A stretch of DNA of 64,000 bases, from the NCBI GenBank assembly GCA_015680685.1, contig MNCI01003248.1, positions 62,001 to 126,000 on the forward strand, in the 5' to 3' direction. Position 1 is the first letter of the stretch, and every line of letters begins with the position of its first letter. The notes beneath the pieces were generated by a model. That model worked only from the letters and a program-made list of their open reading frames with translations. It was not told where the DNA came from and did not search any database. Positions 50,840-63,280 of this stretch are shown one piece after another. The DNA is from Gnetum montanum (lineage: Eukaryota; Plantae; Gnetophyta). The position numbers were made by a program, and so were the translations under genes.

Positions 50840-53179
50840 ATGGTGCCAAAATAGAGAGAAGGAAAGAGCAAGAATCCCACAATCTAGAGGATGGATGAGT
50901 GCTCCAGGAAGTTTTTTGAGGTTCTAAGGTCTATCTCAATTTGGGTCCCATCTGTCATTGCTCCAAGGTAGGCAATTCTACCTAATTTTTCCTTTGTTTG
51001 CATGGTTTCATTCTAGTTTTTTGTCTTCCAAGTGTTAGGGCCGTTTTTTCAAATCTATTCTGTTTGGGAGATTATGTCAAAATTCTGACAAAATCTCACC
51101 TCCTATTTTGGTTACTTCCATGTAGATCTATGATTATTTTATTGCTTTAGCTTCTTGTAGATTTGATTTTGAAAACAAGCCTTGTTGTTTTGTGTTTTTT
51201 TTTCCAAAATCTTGGGGTATGTCTTTTGTTTAGATCTAGGCCTTAGGATTTGTTGAAATTAAATTTCAACAAAATCCTACCCCATTATTTTGATGTGAAT
51301 TTAAATAGGTTGTAAGGGTTTTGGCTATTTGAACTGTTTTAATGGCTATATGAAATTTGGGCTTTGGGATTTTTCAAGTTTTGGTACAAAAAAGCAAGCC
51401 AAGTTGTGTATTTTTTTCTCAATAAAATAGTTGCATATTTATGAAATCCAAGCTTATGGCTTTGTAGCTCTTTATTTAAGCTTCATGATGGTTTTTGTCT
51501 CATTTAATTTGGCTTTGAAATGAGGGAGCTATGGCTATTTTCCTAAAGTTGTGCAGTTAGGTTATTTGTGGTGCTATTGTGATTCAACGTAGATTTATGA
51601 AATTTGCACAAAAAAATGACAAACGTTTCTGCTATTTTCTAGGCATGGGTGTGTAGAATTTGGCTTCAACTTTCCAATGGAGGTGGAATCACTTTGATTG
51701 GGCTTAAAACAAATTTTTCATGAATTTTTGCTAAGGTTATGGTGCATTACCCAACATAGAAGTGGTTGATTTCTTGCTTTTTCTAGGAGAGTAAAAGCTT
51801 TTTCTATTTTAAGTAAGTTTTTGTTATGGTTTCATGGATTTTTCTAAGTTTATCATGATTTTTCTAAATTTGTGCATAGTTTAGATGTTTTTTTTCCCAA
51901 ATTTATGCTTGCTTTGTATAATGTTAGATACTTTTTCTAAACTTATGCTTGCTTTTTTCCAAATTTATGCATAATTTAGGCGCTTTTTCTAAAGTTATGC
52001 ATAATTTAGACTAAGACATAGTTTTGGCCATAATGTTTTTGGTTATAAAGGCTATAAAATATGGTATGAATGATTTTATAGAATTTCTCAAGCTAATTTA
52101 GATAAACACCTAAGAGCTTTTATAGAAGCTAATCTCACCTCTAACTTAGGAAGTTTTCTCTAAAGTTGGAAAGAAATACCAATTAGTCATAATGCAATAT
52201 TGTGATGAAATTACTTAGGAAAATTTAGATAAACACCTTAGAGCTTTTTGTAGAGGCTAATTTCACCTCCAACTAGATGTTTTATGTAAATTTGTAAAGA
52301 AATTCCAATTGGTTATAATGCAAGGTTGTGATAAAATTACTTAGGAAAATTCAGATAAACACCTTAGAGCTTTTTATAGAGGCTAATTTCACCTTTGACT
52401 AGATGTTTTGTCTAAATTTGCTAAGTAATTCTAATAGGCCATCATGCTTTTGGGTGGAATTTCTTAAGCATATTAGATAAAAACCTTAAAGCTTTTTACA
52501 AAGGCTAATTTCACCTCTGACTAGCATGTTTTCCAGACTTGTCTAATTAGTCACAATGTTTTTGCTTTGGAAGGTTGTAATAGTACATTTTTATGGAATT
52601 TCTTAAGCTTATTAGATAAACATCTAAGAGCTTCTTCAAGAAGCTAATTGCATCTTTGACTTAGGAATTTTTCTAAACTTGTTAAGAAATTCTAATTGGT
52701 CTCAATGTTTTTGCTTTGTTTTGTGCATGGTCTTCTTGGGGCCTGTTCTCATTATAGTGGAGTTGGTAGGAATTTTATGCTACATTGGTCATCCCAAGAC
52801 CAATACTCCACCACATGACATACCTCTTGGGAAGCTTTTGTTGTGGTTTTGGCCTAGGGCAAGGGACTTCCTTGCCTACCTCCTCAAGAACTTTAGTGTG
52901 ATGCTGTGGTCACACTTGTCCATAGATGTAGCCGGGGTTGTTGTGGAGAATGGCCTTCCACATTTACCCTTGGAAGTTATGGAGCTAGAATATCCCTAGG
53001 TTTTATATATTCTATGATTTAGTCTATGTTTTGAGTCATGATTTTGGCTATTGGTTACTAATTGGCTATATGTCATTGCGTCTTAGGTCTTAGGAGACAT
53101 TGGCGGCCCTAGCGGTGAGGGTGGGAATGACCCACCACCTCCTCCTCTAGATGATACTCAGTAGCCTCCTTCAGTTTAG
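50840..53179 (+). pseudogene. Spliced antisense accessory gene of element B; exons 50840-50967, 52729-52999, 53087-53179
   Basis: TATAA at 50663; ATG 50840; donor AAG|GTAGGC; exon 2 VFLGPVLIIVELVGILC...FSVMLWSHL is homologous to C exon 2; acceptor decayed to TGCAT; in-frame TAGs consistent with CAG>TAG decay. Confidence 0.65.
52095..52700. repeat. ~125-bp tandem repeat, about five copies, inside intron 1 of the B antisense gene
   Basis: TAGATAAACACCTTAGAGCTTTT...GCTAATTTCACCT at ~52098, ~52225, ~52351, ~52473, ~52612. Confidence 0.8.
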
Positions 53180-53879
53180 CTTGTTGGATATTTGTTTTTG
53201 TTTTTATGTTGATGGCTATGGTTAGCCAAAACTATGTTATGAATGGTTATTCTTTGGCATCACTGCTACACATTTTGGTTATGGCTATATGTTATGGACA
53301 TTTAATTTTGAATTTGAATACTTGGTTTCATTTTTGGCTATGTGCATCTATGTAGTAAATGTTGTAAATGACTCTATTGATGTTTTTTGGTTGCAAAACC
53401 AAATGGCTAATTAATGTAATAGTAGGCCAAGTATGAGAGATATGGCAATAAAAGGAATGTTTGTTAGTTTTAGGCCATCACGGGCACATGTTATATTGCG
53501 TAATTATGGCTATATTACTAGTTTAGCGTCTTAGCAGACAAGAATGCCAGTTTAAGGTCATAGCAGACCATAGTGTCATTTTTAGGCCTCAGTAGGCCAG
53601 AGTTCTAGTTTATGTCTTAGCAGATAGAAATGTTAGTTTAAGGTCATAGTAGATCCTAACACCAGTTAAAAGTCATAGCGAACCGTAACACTAGTTTAAT
53701 GTCATAATAGACTGTGTCTAAAAGAGGTGCTTCTTTAATGTTTAAAATACAAAGAACAATGCAAATATTTTTGTGGCTACATGCATTAGGCGATGTGCAT
53801 GATAAAGATATCATAAATTGCAAAAGAAAAAATTAGGCTATTTGGCTATCATGGCATCTGATCATATAGATATAGGAAG

Positions 53880-56800
53880 GCTAAGGTAAATTTTACTTAT
53901 GCAAACTCATCTTAATCTTTGCAAGATTAGGGAGTGAGTAAGGTCTACTTTGCACAAGCTTGTATTCACCATCCCCCTTGCTTAAAATGCTAAAAGGGAG
54001 TTCATCTCATAACATATTTCATTGCTTCTCATTGTCATCTTTGGTTGTCTTGGATTCTTGTTCTTCATGGCTCGGAGTTTCTTCTTGAAGTTCCACTTTA
54101 GATCCCTATTCTATGCCCACATTGTTGATAGTTAGGAGAATTGTGTTGTACCATGAATGATGATCTCACCTCCCTTATAAGAAAGATAAATTTCTTGATC
54201 GATGGATGAGAAGGTAGCATGTAATTAAGTTAACCAAGGTTTCCCTAGGATTAGGTTGAACCTTGATGTCTCTTCTACCACCAAGAAGTTTGTAGTTGTA
54301 GGAAATTGTTCTTTGGCTACAAAATCCAAGGAGATAGACTACTTGATAGCAACTCTTAATCCATTAAAGGACTTAAGAGCTATGGTAGTCATAGGTTGTA
54401 CCTACTTAGTTAAGCCCAAGCATTCAATGATGGTGCATGGGATGACATTGGTTGTTGCTCCATCATCAACATGCACCCGATGTATTTTAAATTGTCCTAT
54501 GGGTATGGTTATGAATAGAGGGGCTGTTGTCACCTCATCATTATGGGGATTAACCTTAACTTTGTTATTCTGAAATGTTAAAGGTGTTGATTTCTCCTCC
54601 CCTAGTGAGTGAGGAATCATTACTACATGAATGGCTTCCTTGTTAGTAGGAATATCCTCACAAATAGGTATGGAGGTAAGCATTTTGACTAGAACCTCGT
54701 GATGTGTGGAAGAAGTTATGATTAGGTCATATAAGCTTAAGGTGGTATTTTTCTATTTCAGGGATTACTTAACTTGGTCCATTGCACTGAGGACATTTTT
54801 TTTGGCCATTGGCTTGTCACCTTCGTTGTGCTTTACTTCCTCCATACGTTCCAAAAGGCATACTTTAGTCTTATATTGTGGTTGTTGTGGATCCTTTTGA
54901 TTGTTTTGGTTATGGGCTTTAGCATCCTCTTGTAGCTTATTGGTTGAAGAAGATGGGGTAGAGGAGGTCATTCGTATTGTTGAAATGGGAGTGGGCTTTG
55001 GTGTGTCCACTTCCTTTTGTGCCTTCATTTTCTTATCTTCCTTGTTGTTAGGATTTTGCTTACACTTCCTCTGGTTGGCTAAAATTTTTTGATTATCAGC
55101 CATTGGTTGTAAGGAAGAGGTAGTAACATTGGCCATCACAGGGGATCATTGTGTAGTTGGTTGGCCTATAGTTGTTTAGGTTGTATTGGGTTGGGGAACC
55201 TTGATGATAAAAGGTTTCTTTGGAGGCATTTGTGATGATACCCTCATAATGAAAGGAGGTCTTGAGCTATGGGAAGCTAAAGAAGCTCTCTCATTGGAAA
55301 GGGGTATTTGGATCACAAATGGTTCTTTGGTAGGTCTATGGTTGTCATTGATGTTGAATGCTAAGATAACATAAGGGCTATCATTAGCATTCAATGGATC
55401 TTTATAGACTTGCATTGACTGGTTTTGTGGTAGAATAAGATTAGAAGCATCTAAGACTAGTTCCCNTTGGTTTTGTGGTAGAATAAGATTAGAAGCATCT
55501 AAGACTAGTTCCCCTCTATCTATCATGCTTTATAGGTCATCCTTCAATGTAAGCAGAAGTCTGTATCATGACTAGGAAGTTGATCATAATGGAAAAAGTG
55601 GTCTAGCTTGAAGTACCTAGGTAATGGGAGATCATCTTTCATTACTCGAGAGGGATGTTTGCAATTTGACATAGTCGCTCATGTTTCTTTTAAGAAGCTT
55701 TGGTCATTTGCTTATGTTGCATGCGCCCACTTCTCAATAGTTGATCAAGCAACTCAAATGGTTTCAATGGCAAGTCAGTGTACTTAGACTTGTCCTTCCT
55801 TTTGAAATTAGGTTTGTTTGTTGTTGATGTATTAGTCCTAGAAGTTGACGGTTGGTTACTATGGTCATTAGTGAGGACCTTTGGTGGGTTGACCTTTGGC
55901 CCTTGGTTCATGGTCTTAGCCTCCTTGGTCATAATTACTATGATAGTGTTGCTTTTTTTGCTCTTTTCTTTGTCTTTTCGAGCATGTTGCTTTTTATATG
56001 ATATATAGGCTAGATCATGGTTGGTCTCTACAAGATCCTCTATGTTTTTAATTTGTGAGAATGCTTGGCTAAGAGATCATGGATCAAAGCAGTAAATTTT
56101 TGACTTGATGAAGTCATTAACTACTCCCTTGAATATGGCTAACAAGTGGGCTTTGGCTATGGGTTTTGGTATTTTATTCAATAGTCCATTCCACTACTGA
56201 ATGAATTTTTGCATAGGTTCCAAGGATCCTTACTTGGCCTTCATGAATTGGTCAAGCATTATGTCAGGCTTTAAGTTATATTTGAAATGGTTGACAAACT
56301 CAGCTACTAAGTCTTCCAAAGAGGATATAGATCCTCTGGGTAATGCGTGATACCAATTGAGTGCTTTCTAAGTCAAAGACATAGGGAAAATCCTTATGAT
56401 GGTATGAGGCCCTGGCTGTAAGAGCAAACATTTAGATCGAAAGGTAATAAGGTGAGAATTAGGGTTACCTTCTTTGTTATATTTGCTAAATTGTGGAATG
56501 GAGACACCGGGAGGAAGTGTCAAGGGTGGGACTATAGGACTTATGGGATCGTCTTGGTAGAAGTCCATAATCTTGACGGTTTATGTGGTAGAGGCTTTAA
56601 GCCTCTTCAATTCCTCTGTTAAGTCATCGATCATTTGGAAGGGTTGATTTAAGCCTTGCAATGGTCCCATAGTCTATGAGGTATACACATAATGTTATGG
56701 AATTTGTTGTGAGGCTTGTGGCCTTGTTATGAACTACATGATGGAGGGAAAAGGTTGCGCTATGTTCATGACTTATAGGCCAAACAAAGAAAAAGACGTT

Positions 56801-57573
56801 TGTTCCAGTAATTAAGGCACAAATGGGACAAACATAGTGTGTGACCCTTGTGTTGCAAGGGGTCTCATGATGGATCCTATGTGAGTAGTTATCAGATTTG
56901 TGGTGGTAAAAGCCACCATTGATGGTTTTGTATTTCATGGTTATGTTGCAAATTACATTGATATGTTATAATTTCTTGTTTGTGGCATTGATTGCATGTG
57001 ATGTGTTGCTACAGTTGGTGTGGGGTTTGTTGTAGTAGGGCCTAGAGGAGTGGAAGATGGTGGCACCATGCCCATGGAGAAAAAAAAAGCATTAGGGGAA
57101 GGTTCCATGACATTATGGGATGTTTGGTTGACTAGCCCTCCAAGGATGTTTTCAGGCTCAGATTCCACCCTAAATTCATCCTCTTCTTCCTATTATTCTA
57201 TAAAGGTAGGTTGGTCACATTCCTCCTCTATAGCAATCAATTAGGCTAGAATAATAGAATAGACATCATTAAGGGAAATTTCTTCATATGGGAAAGGGAT
57301 GTATTCTTTCCCATCCTAGTGTATGAGCTCAAACTCTCTCTTGGCTTTAGCTTCAATTCAAGGAATTATCATGCCTACCTAAATTTTGGCATAAATGAAG
57401 TTATAGCGATCTTCATGTATGGATGCAAAATCAAGACTCTCCCCTCTAACTCTCAAAGATCACCTAGACTTAATGACTATAGGGTCTTTGGGATCATACA
57501 CCCTCATGACTTGTTGGTTATTATCCTTGCCAATGAAGGTGAAGGGCAATTTGATGGATTTTCTAAAAGACAT
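53880..57573 (-). pseudogene. Element B gag-protease (degenerate)
   Basis: MDFYQDDPISP...PQFSKYNKEGNPNSHLITFRSKC (gag core); decayed CHHC knuckle FHYDQLPSHDTDFC; IHRVHVDDGATTNVIP protease site. Confidence 0.85.
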
Positions 57574-58452
57574 GGCTATAATTTTGAGTATTGCTTGAAC
57601 AAAATAGGCTACAAATGTTAAAAAAAGAGTAAATTCCAATGAATGGAATTCAAAAATTCTTAGAGAAAATGAAAATGACAAAAAATAATATACTTATTTG
57701 CCAGAAATAGAATATTGGCAACGTTGGCTCTAAACCTCCTCCAAGTTGGCTTCCCAAGTGCCTTTACGCTGGGTATGGCAGGGGAAAAAAGAGGGGGGGG
57801 GGGGGGGGNNNNNNNNNNNNNNNNNNNNNNNNNNNNNNNNNNNNNNNNNNNNNNNNNNNNNNNNNNNNNNNNNNNNNNNNNNNNNNNNNNNNNNNNNNNN
57901 NAAGATGAAAATGGAAACTTAGCAGTTTCCAAAGATGGTTTTGGTAGGTTTCCAACTTTCACCAAAAAGAGGGATAAGTGGGCTTGGTTGGTATGGAAAC
58001 CAATGTTGGTTTAGTGAGAAATATTATGGCAACCAAAATTAAATATTTACTACAGCTTTCACACTAGCTTTGCTCTAGGAGTTCACAACAAATGTTGTGA
58101 AATTCCAGCACCCAAACCACATGTAGCTTTCACATTAAGGTTTCTACCATAGGGGGGTATGGCAATGTTGATTTCCTTGGTAGTTTTGGCTAAAAATAAT
58201 TGCTTTCAACTTGTAATAGTAGCAAATCTGGTCATAAAATTGGTTTTAGATTTTACCAATGTTGGCCTCCCAACTACTTCCATACTAGGATTGGGTGGGG
58301 TCGGGGGGGCCATCGTGTGGGGTGGTGGTGGGGGGGAAAGGAAGGGGGAGAAGACCAATGTTGATTTTTCAATGGTCTTGGCTACAAAAATTGAAGGAAA
58401 AACTTGCAAATGGATATGAAAATAATAGATTTGGCTATAGAATTTGGGTGAA

Positions 58453-58471
58453 GGCCCTTCTTCTAGTGCCA
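58453..58471 (-). promoter_or_regulatory. Primer binding site of B (tRNA-Asn type)
   Basis: GGCCCTTCTTCTAGTGCCA matches the plant tRNA-Asn(GTT) 3' end GCCCTCCTTCTAGCG-CCA with two C>T changes; lies next to the 5' LTR. Confidence 0.75.
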
Positions 58472-58479
58472 AGAAAAAC

Positions 58480-60112
58480 TATTGTGACCGAAAACCTTGA
58501 TTGCTAGAATAGGAATCAAGGATCCTTGGTGTAGGCAGTTCCTTAACGTTGAACCCCTAGGGCCTTTACAATGAAAATGGGATTCAGGGTGCCTTGGTTG
58601 GTCTGGTAGATCAACCAGGGACTTGAGTAATGGAAAATGTGAAAATATAAATAGATCTAAATAATGCACAAATAATAAGTTTAATTCTATTGAACATAAA
58701 ACTCAAAATTTAGAACTTTATTGAGAAGAGAATAAAGAATAAGTCAGAGGAATGTGTATAAAAAATGATGCTTGGATGAGCAAAAGTAGGTCCACTTATA
58801 CAAGCGTTCAAAGCCCATTGAAGCTAAGATGATCTGCTCCACAATTCTGATGCCAAACCACTCTTGATGCTATAGGACCTCCCTTCACTGCTATAACCTT
58901 GGATCTGCAATTTCAAGGCCTTAATGCTTCCACACTGGAGTTTAAGAGATTGCAAGTGTGAGAACTTGCAAGAGCTCTTGAGTGCCTAAAAATGCCCCAG
59001 GCGTGGAGTCGTGTGTATGCAAATTTTTGCTGAAACTTGCTTGAAAGTGTTGAATTTTGGCCAAAAATGCTAAATGTCCTTCCAAAAATTTGGAACCAAT
59101 TACTCTCTTTTTGCTTAGAATTACTACAAAATGTTGAATGTGAGAAAAATTTCTAGAACCTGTAAATGGTGTTAGAGTTTGAATTTTATAGAGTTTTTGG
59201 CCCATGAATGGGGCTACAAATTGGCTATGATTGGGCTAAAAATTTAATGTAATTTTGCTGCAAATTGGCTGCCAAATTCAAGTGAAATGGGGGTCCAAAT
59301 TTGGGGGGTTACCAAAAATAGTAAGTGCTTCCCCCCATGGCCATTCCATTTACTAAAAATAGTAATCGAGGTACCCCTTTCACATTGAAGATGAATCTTC
59401 CACACTGAGGTCTCCACCATGCTTGTTGGTCAACATTGAAGTGCATGACTTGATGAATTTTGCTTCTTGTGGCTTCTGAACTAGGTGTTTGAATTTTTCA
59501 TGTTGGGGGAAAACTTTCTAGGTTGGGGGGAAGTTTCCAAGTTGGGGGTGGGGGAACTTTCCAAGCTAGGGGAAAAGCTTCCAAAATGTACCTTTAGTCT
59601 CCACATTGAAGGGGGGAAACTTTCCAAGCTAGGGGAAAAGTTTCCAAGTTGGGGGAGACTTTCTGGTTTGAGGGGAAAGTTTACAAAATGAATCTTTAGT
59701 CTCCATGTTGAAGGTGGGGGGGGGGGTTGGGGGGGTGTGTGGGTGGGTGGGGTGGGGGGTTGAAGTTCTTAGATCCCTCATCCTTCCATGCTAGGAGTAG
59801 GTGAGATCTACCCCCTACATGTGTTCTTAGCATAGAAAATTGTTTATCACCCCCCCATAAAGTCCATCAAATTGCCTATTTTGGCACTCTAAAAGGCATT
59901 TTTAAACCCCCCCAGCCCCAGCCCAAATATAGATACTAGGTGACTTTTTTCACTTGAGGAATGAGGCTTTAACCACTTATGAGGCATTTTTTAGCCCCAA
60001 AAGTATAGGGTTACAATTTTCATGTTTACAATGAAGTTTTATCTTGGGTTTCATGGAGTGAAAGCTACATGACAAAGATTACTTATAACATGCAAAATTT
60101 TGTGGTGTTTCA
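58480..60112 (-). repeat. 5' LTR of element B
   Basis: TATTGTGACCGAAAA...GTGGTGTTTCA; aligns with 20205-22147. Confidence 0.9.
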
Positions 60113-61780
60113 AGTTGCTCATAGAATTGGAGTTTCTATAAGCTTATCTTAGAATTGCTGGAATGCCTTTCACTTTCCTTGGTCCATACGAATAGGGCAT
60201 CTTTCCTTATCAACTCTACCAATGATTTAGCAATTTTAGAGGAATTCTCTATGAATCATTGGTAGTAGCTAGTGTGTCTGAGGAATGACTAGACATCTTT
60301 AATTATTTCTAGTTAATGGGTGATTCCTTAGATGACCTTAATCTTTTTAGGGTCCACCTCAATCCTTACTTGTGAGATTCTATGCCCCAACACAATGCCC
60401 TCCTAGACCATAAAATGACTCTTTTTTGCTAATTGAGTCGAAGATTAGTCTCCACACACCTTTTAAGTACTTGCTCAAGGTGGTCCAAGGCTTGCTCAAA
60501 TGTAGTACCATAGGTGGAGAAATCATCCATGAAGACTTCCAATCTACTACTAATTTGTTGTTGAAAAGTGCTAAGGGCAAGGCGTTGGAAGGTTGTAGGG
60601 GCATTGCATAGACTAGAAAACATCTTTTTGTATGCAAAAGTCCCCCAAGGACTTGTGAATATAGTTTTAGCTTGATCCTTAGGTGTTAATTGAATCTGGT
60701 TATAACCACTATAATAATCTAGAATGCTATAAAAGCAATGCCTAGAGATAGTGTCGAACACCTGGTCCACAAATGATAATGGAAAATGATCTTTGTAGGT
60801 CACCATGTTCAACAGCCTAAAGTTAATATAGATCCTTCACTTATCACCTTTCTTTGGCATGATCACAAGTGGGCTAATCCACTTGCTATTTGCACACTGC
60901 CTTGAGGAGTTGTTCAATCTTCTTCTTGATGATCTTCTTCAACTTGGGGTTCAATCGCTGTTGTAGTTGCCTCTTAGGCTTTATGGAAGGATCAATGTAG
61001 ATGCAATGTTGGCATATTATAGGATCAATCCTAGCAAGTTCAGGATATGACCAAGCAAAGGTTGTTGGCCACTTATTGACCATCATCAACAACATCTCTT
61101 TTTGTTTAGGAGAAAGATTGGCATTGATTATCATCAACTTGCCATTTTTCAGAGAAGCATACTCCATGTTAGTAGGTAGAAATTTCAACTCTAAGGGCTT
61201 ATGTTTAAAATTTTGAGGGATTTCTAAGTCTACCCAATAAGTGTCATTAGGTTCATCATTGAAGAATTGGCAATGAATGTGCTCCAATTCATCCATGCCT
61301 TTAACATAGGAACTTGTTAAGCTCTTAGTTGATTCCATACAAAGTATGCTATTTTAGGATTAGGTGTTAGCCACTAGGTGTCCTCCTATTTTATGGTTGT
61401 TGCATACAAGAACCTTTGTATTTTAGACTTTTCTGTACATTATCTACATGTTGTGATTGATGTACTTTTTATGGTCTATAGTTTTTGAACACAGTTGCAC
61501 CCTGTATCATTGTATGCGATGCATGGAACTCTTTTCTTCTTAATCTTTCCAAATGAAGTTTCCTTGGAAATCTCCAAGGAAAGGTCTTTGATGCTCAACT
61601 ATGCATCAATGGTACTTAGCCAAGCCCTTCACATGATGATTGGGAAGTTCCCTTTGTAATTATTAACATGAATCATTAGGAAGTCAGTAGGATAGGACCA
61701 ATCACATATGGTGGTCATAATGTCTTCCACTAGTCCTAAAGGAATAGTGATTCACTAGTATGCAAACTCAAGATGGATGT
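60113..61780 (-). pseudogene. Element A pol: protease C-terminus and reverse transcriptase (degenerate)
   Basis: KDHFPLSFVDQ, LDYYSGYNQI, KTIFTSPWGTFAY, LCNAPTTFQR, EVFMDDF; IPLGLVEDI...YPTDFLMI protease tail. Confidence 0.9.
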
Positions 61781-62011
61781 AAAAAAAAAGGTAATAATAT
61801 TTAATTATTTTCCAGTTTTCTTTAATTTTTATAGTTTACTAGCATTTACATTACCTAGTCTTCTCATTTTATGAGCTAATCCTTCCATAGAACATTTCAA
61901 TAAAAAATTCTTCCCCTTGCCCCTAATTAACCAATTATCCATCATTTTATTTTAAGAAGACAACGAGCTTCACATTTACCAAACTCCATCTCAAGATGGA
62001 TTCGAACTAGG

Positions 62012-63280
62012 ATGACAACCAATCCACCTTGAGCTCCCTTGGTTAGCAATTCCTTTAATAACACAAACTATCATAATATTCCAAAGCCCCTACAAAAAAT
62101 TAATTTGTTCCTTGACCCTACATCTTATATTAGTGATGCACAACAACATGTAAAATGCTTTGAAATTTTGCTAGGCATCTATAACATCACTAAAAATGAC
62201 AGCATGTAGAGTCTTTGTAACTACTTTTAGAAGTAAAGACACATAATGGTTTTTAATACTCCTTAATGTTTATTAATTTATGGCTAGACTTTAAAAATAA
62301 ATTTCTACTCCAGTTTGATAACTTCACTATTCCTGCCTTAGCCTCAAGTAAATTTACAAGTCTAAGAAAGCTACTTGGGGAAAACATTCATGATTATAAT
62401 TTAAGATTTCTACATCAACTAGCTTATGTGTGAAATGAGATGCATCCGTAGCCTAATGGTATCCTTAATTTTTACCTCTCCATCATTGATCCATTCTTTT
62501 CCTAAGCCATCAAATCTAATCACAACATAATAGAATTACAAGAAGCAATGACTAAAGTTGTTGAGCTAGAATAAATTACCTTAATGAATAGCTTTCAAAA
62601 TCAATTTGGAATGATTAGTATTAGCAATCCTATGCAATCTGCTCCCTTACCATCATAGAATTTCCTAATGAATAATACTATGTTTCAAACCCCAACTCCC
62701 CTCCAAATTCTTTAACCTACAAATAATTATTTTCAAAGTCCAACATCTTCTTTGTTTTTACCATCAAACACCAGTTTGAATGATGATGAATCAAAAGCCT
62801 TAATCCAATCCATCATAAACCAAAATGGAATATCTAATGGATCTACTAATCAAACAGAAAATGAAATGATCCAAATATTAACTTCCCTTCAAAAATTTTC
62901 AAATGAAGTTGTTAAACTAAAGTGAAATAATAACAAAGTTAATATATAATATGAAAAGTCAAGCACATTAATTAATGATGATTATTGTTACCTTCATACA
63001 ACTAGTGAACATTTTGAGAAAAATTGTCCTCAATTTTTAGCATTATATGGTGACAATGCCCAAAATTAAAAAAACGGCAAAGCCCTAATTATGGTCCTTA
63101 ACATACCTCATGAAAGAGAAAATGAAGAAGTTACCTCATGTGAACAAGTCATCGTATGTGATCCTAACCCACATAACACTCACTACCATAGACTTAATGA
63201 CATTATGAATACCACTCAATAGAAAAACTAGGAATAACTCTTATACTCCTCCCAACAAAAGAGTTCCTAGTCAAAATAAT
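62012..63280 (+). pseudogene. Degenerate retrotransposon gag, inverted relative to the adjacent A pol
   Basis: HVKCFE...ACRVFVTTF...WF...WLDFKNKFLLQF...GENIHDYNLRF gag core; CYLHTTSEHFEKNC CHHC knuckle at 62986-63027; end coordinate approximate. Confidence 0.75.

Larger units (their letters stand above)
20205..60112 (-). mobile_element. Element B: Tat-clade (Ogre/Retand-type domain order) Ty3/gypsy LTR retrotransposon, ~19.8 kb without nested C
   Basis: Paired LTRs 20205-22147 and 58480-60112; decayed TSD AGGTA/AGTTG (consensus AGGTG); tRNA-Asn-type PBS; PPT; gag-PR and RT-RH-aRH-INT. Confidence 0.9.
12395..61780 (-). mobile_element. Element A: Athila-like Ty3/gypsy retrotransposon, interrupted by B; 5' part truncated, rearranged or outside the window
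   Basis: Minus-strand order PR (~61400-61780), RT (60113-61340, EVFMDDF), [B insertion], RH, INT, extra ORF, PPT, LTR; the reading ETPILxA|PNW is restored across the B insertion. Confidence 0.8.

Noticed and set aside
55420-55513. Duplicated ELVLDASNLILPQNQ peptide in gag
   Set aside because: Assembly overlap around a single N, not biological.
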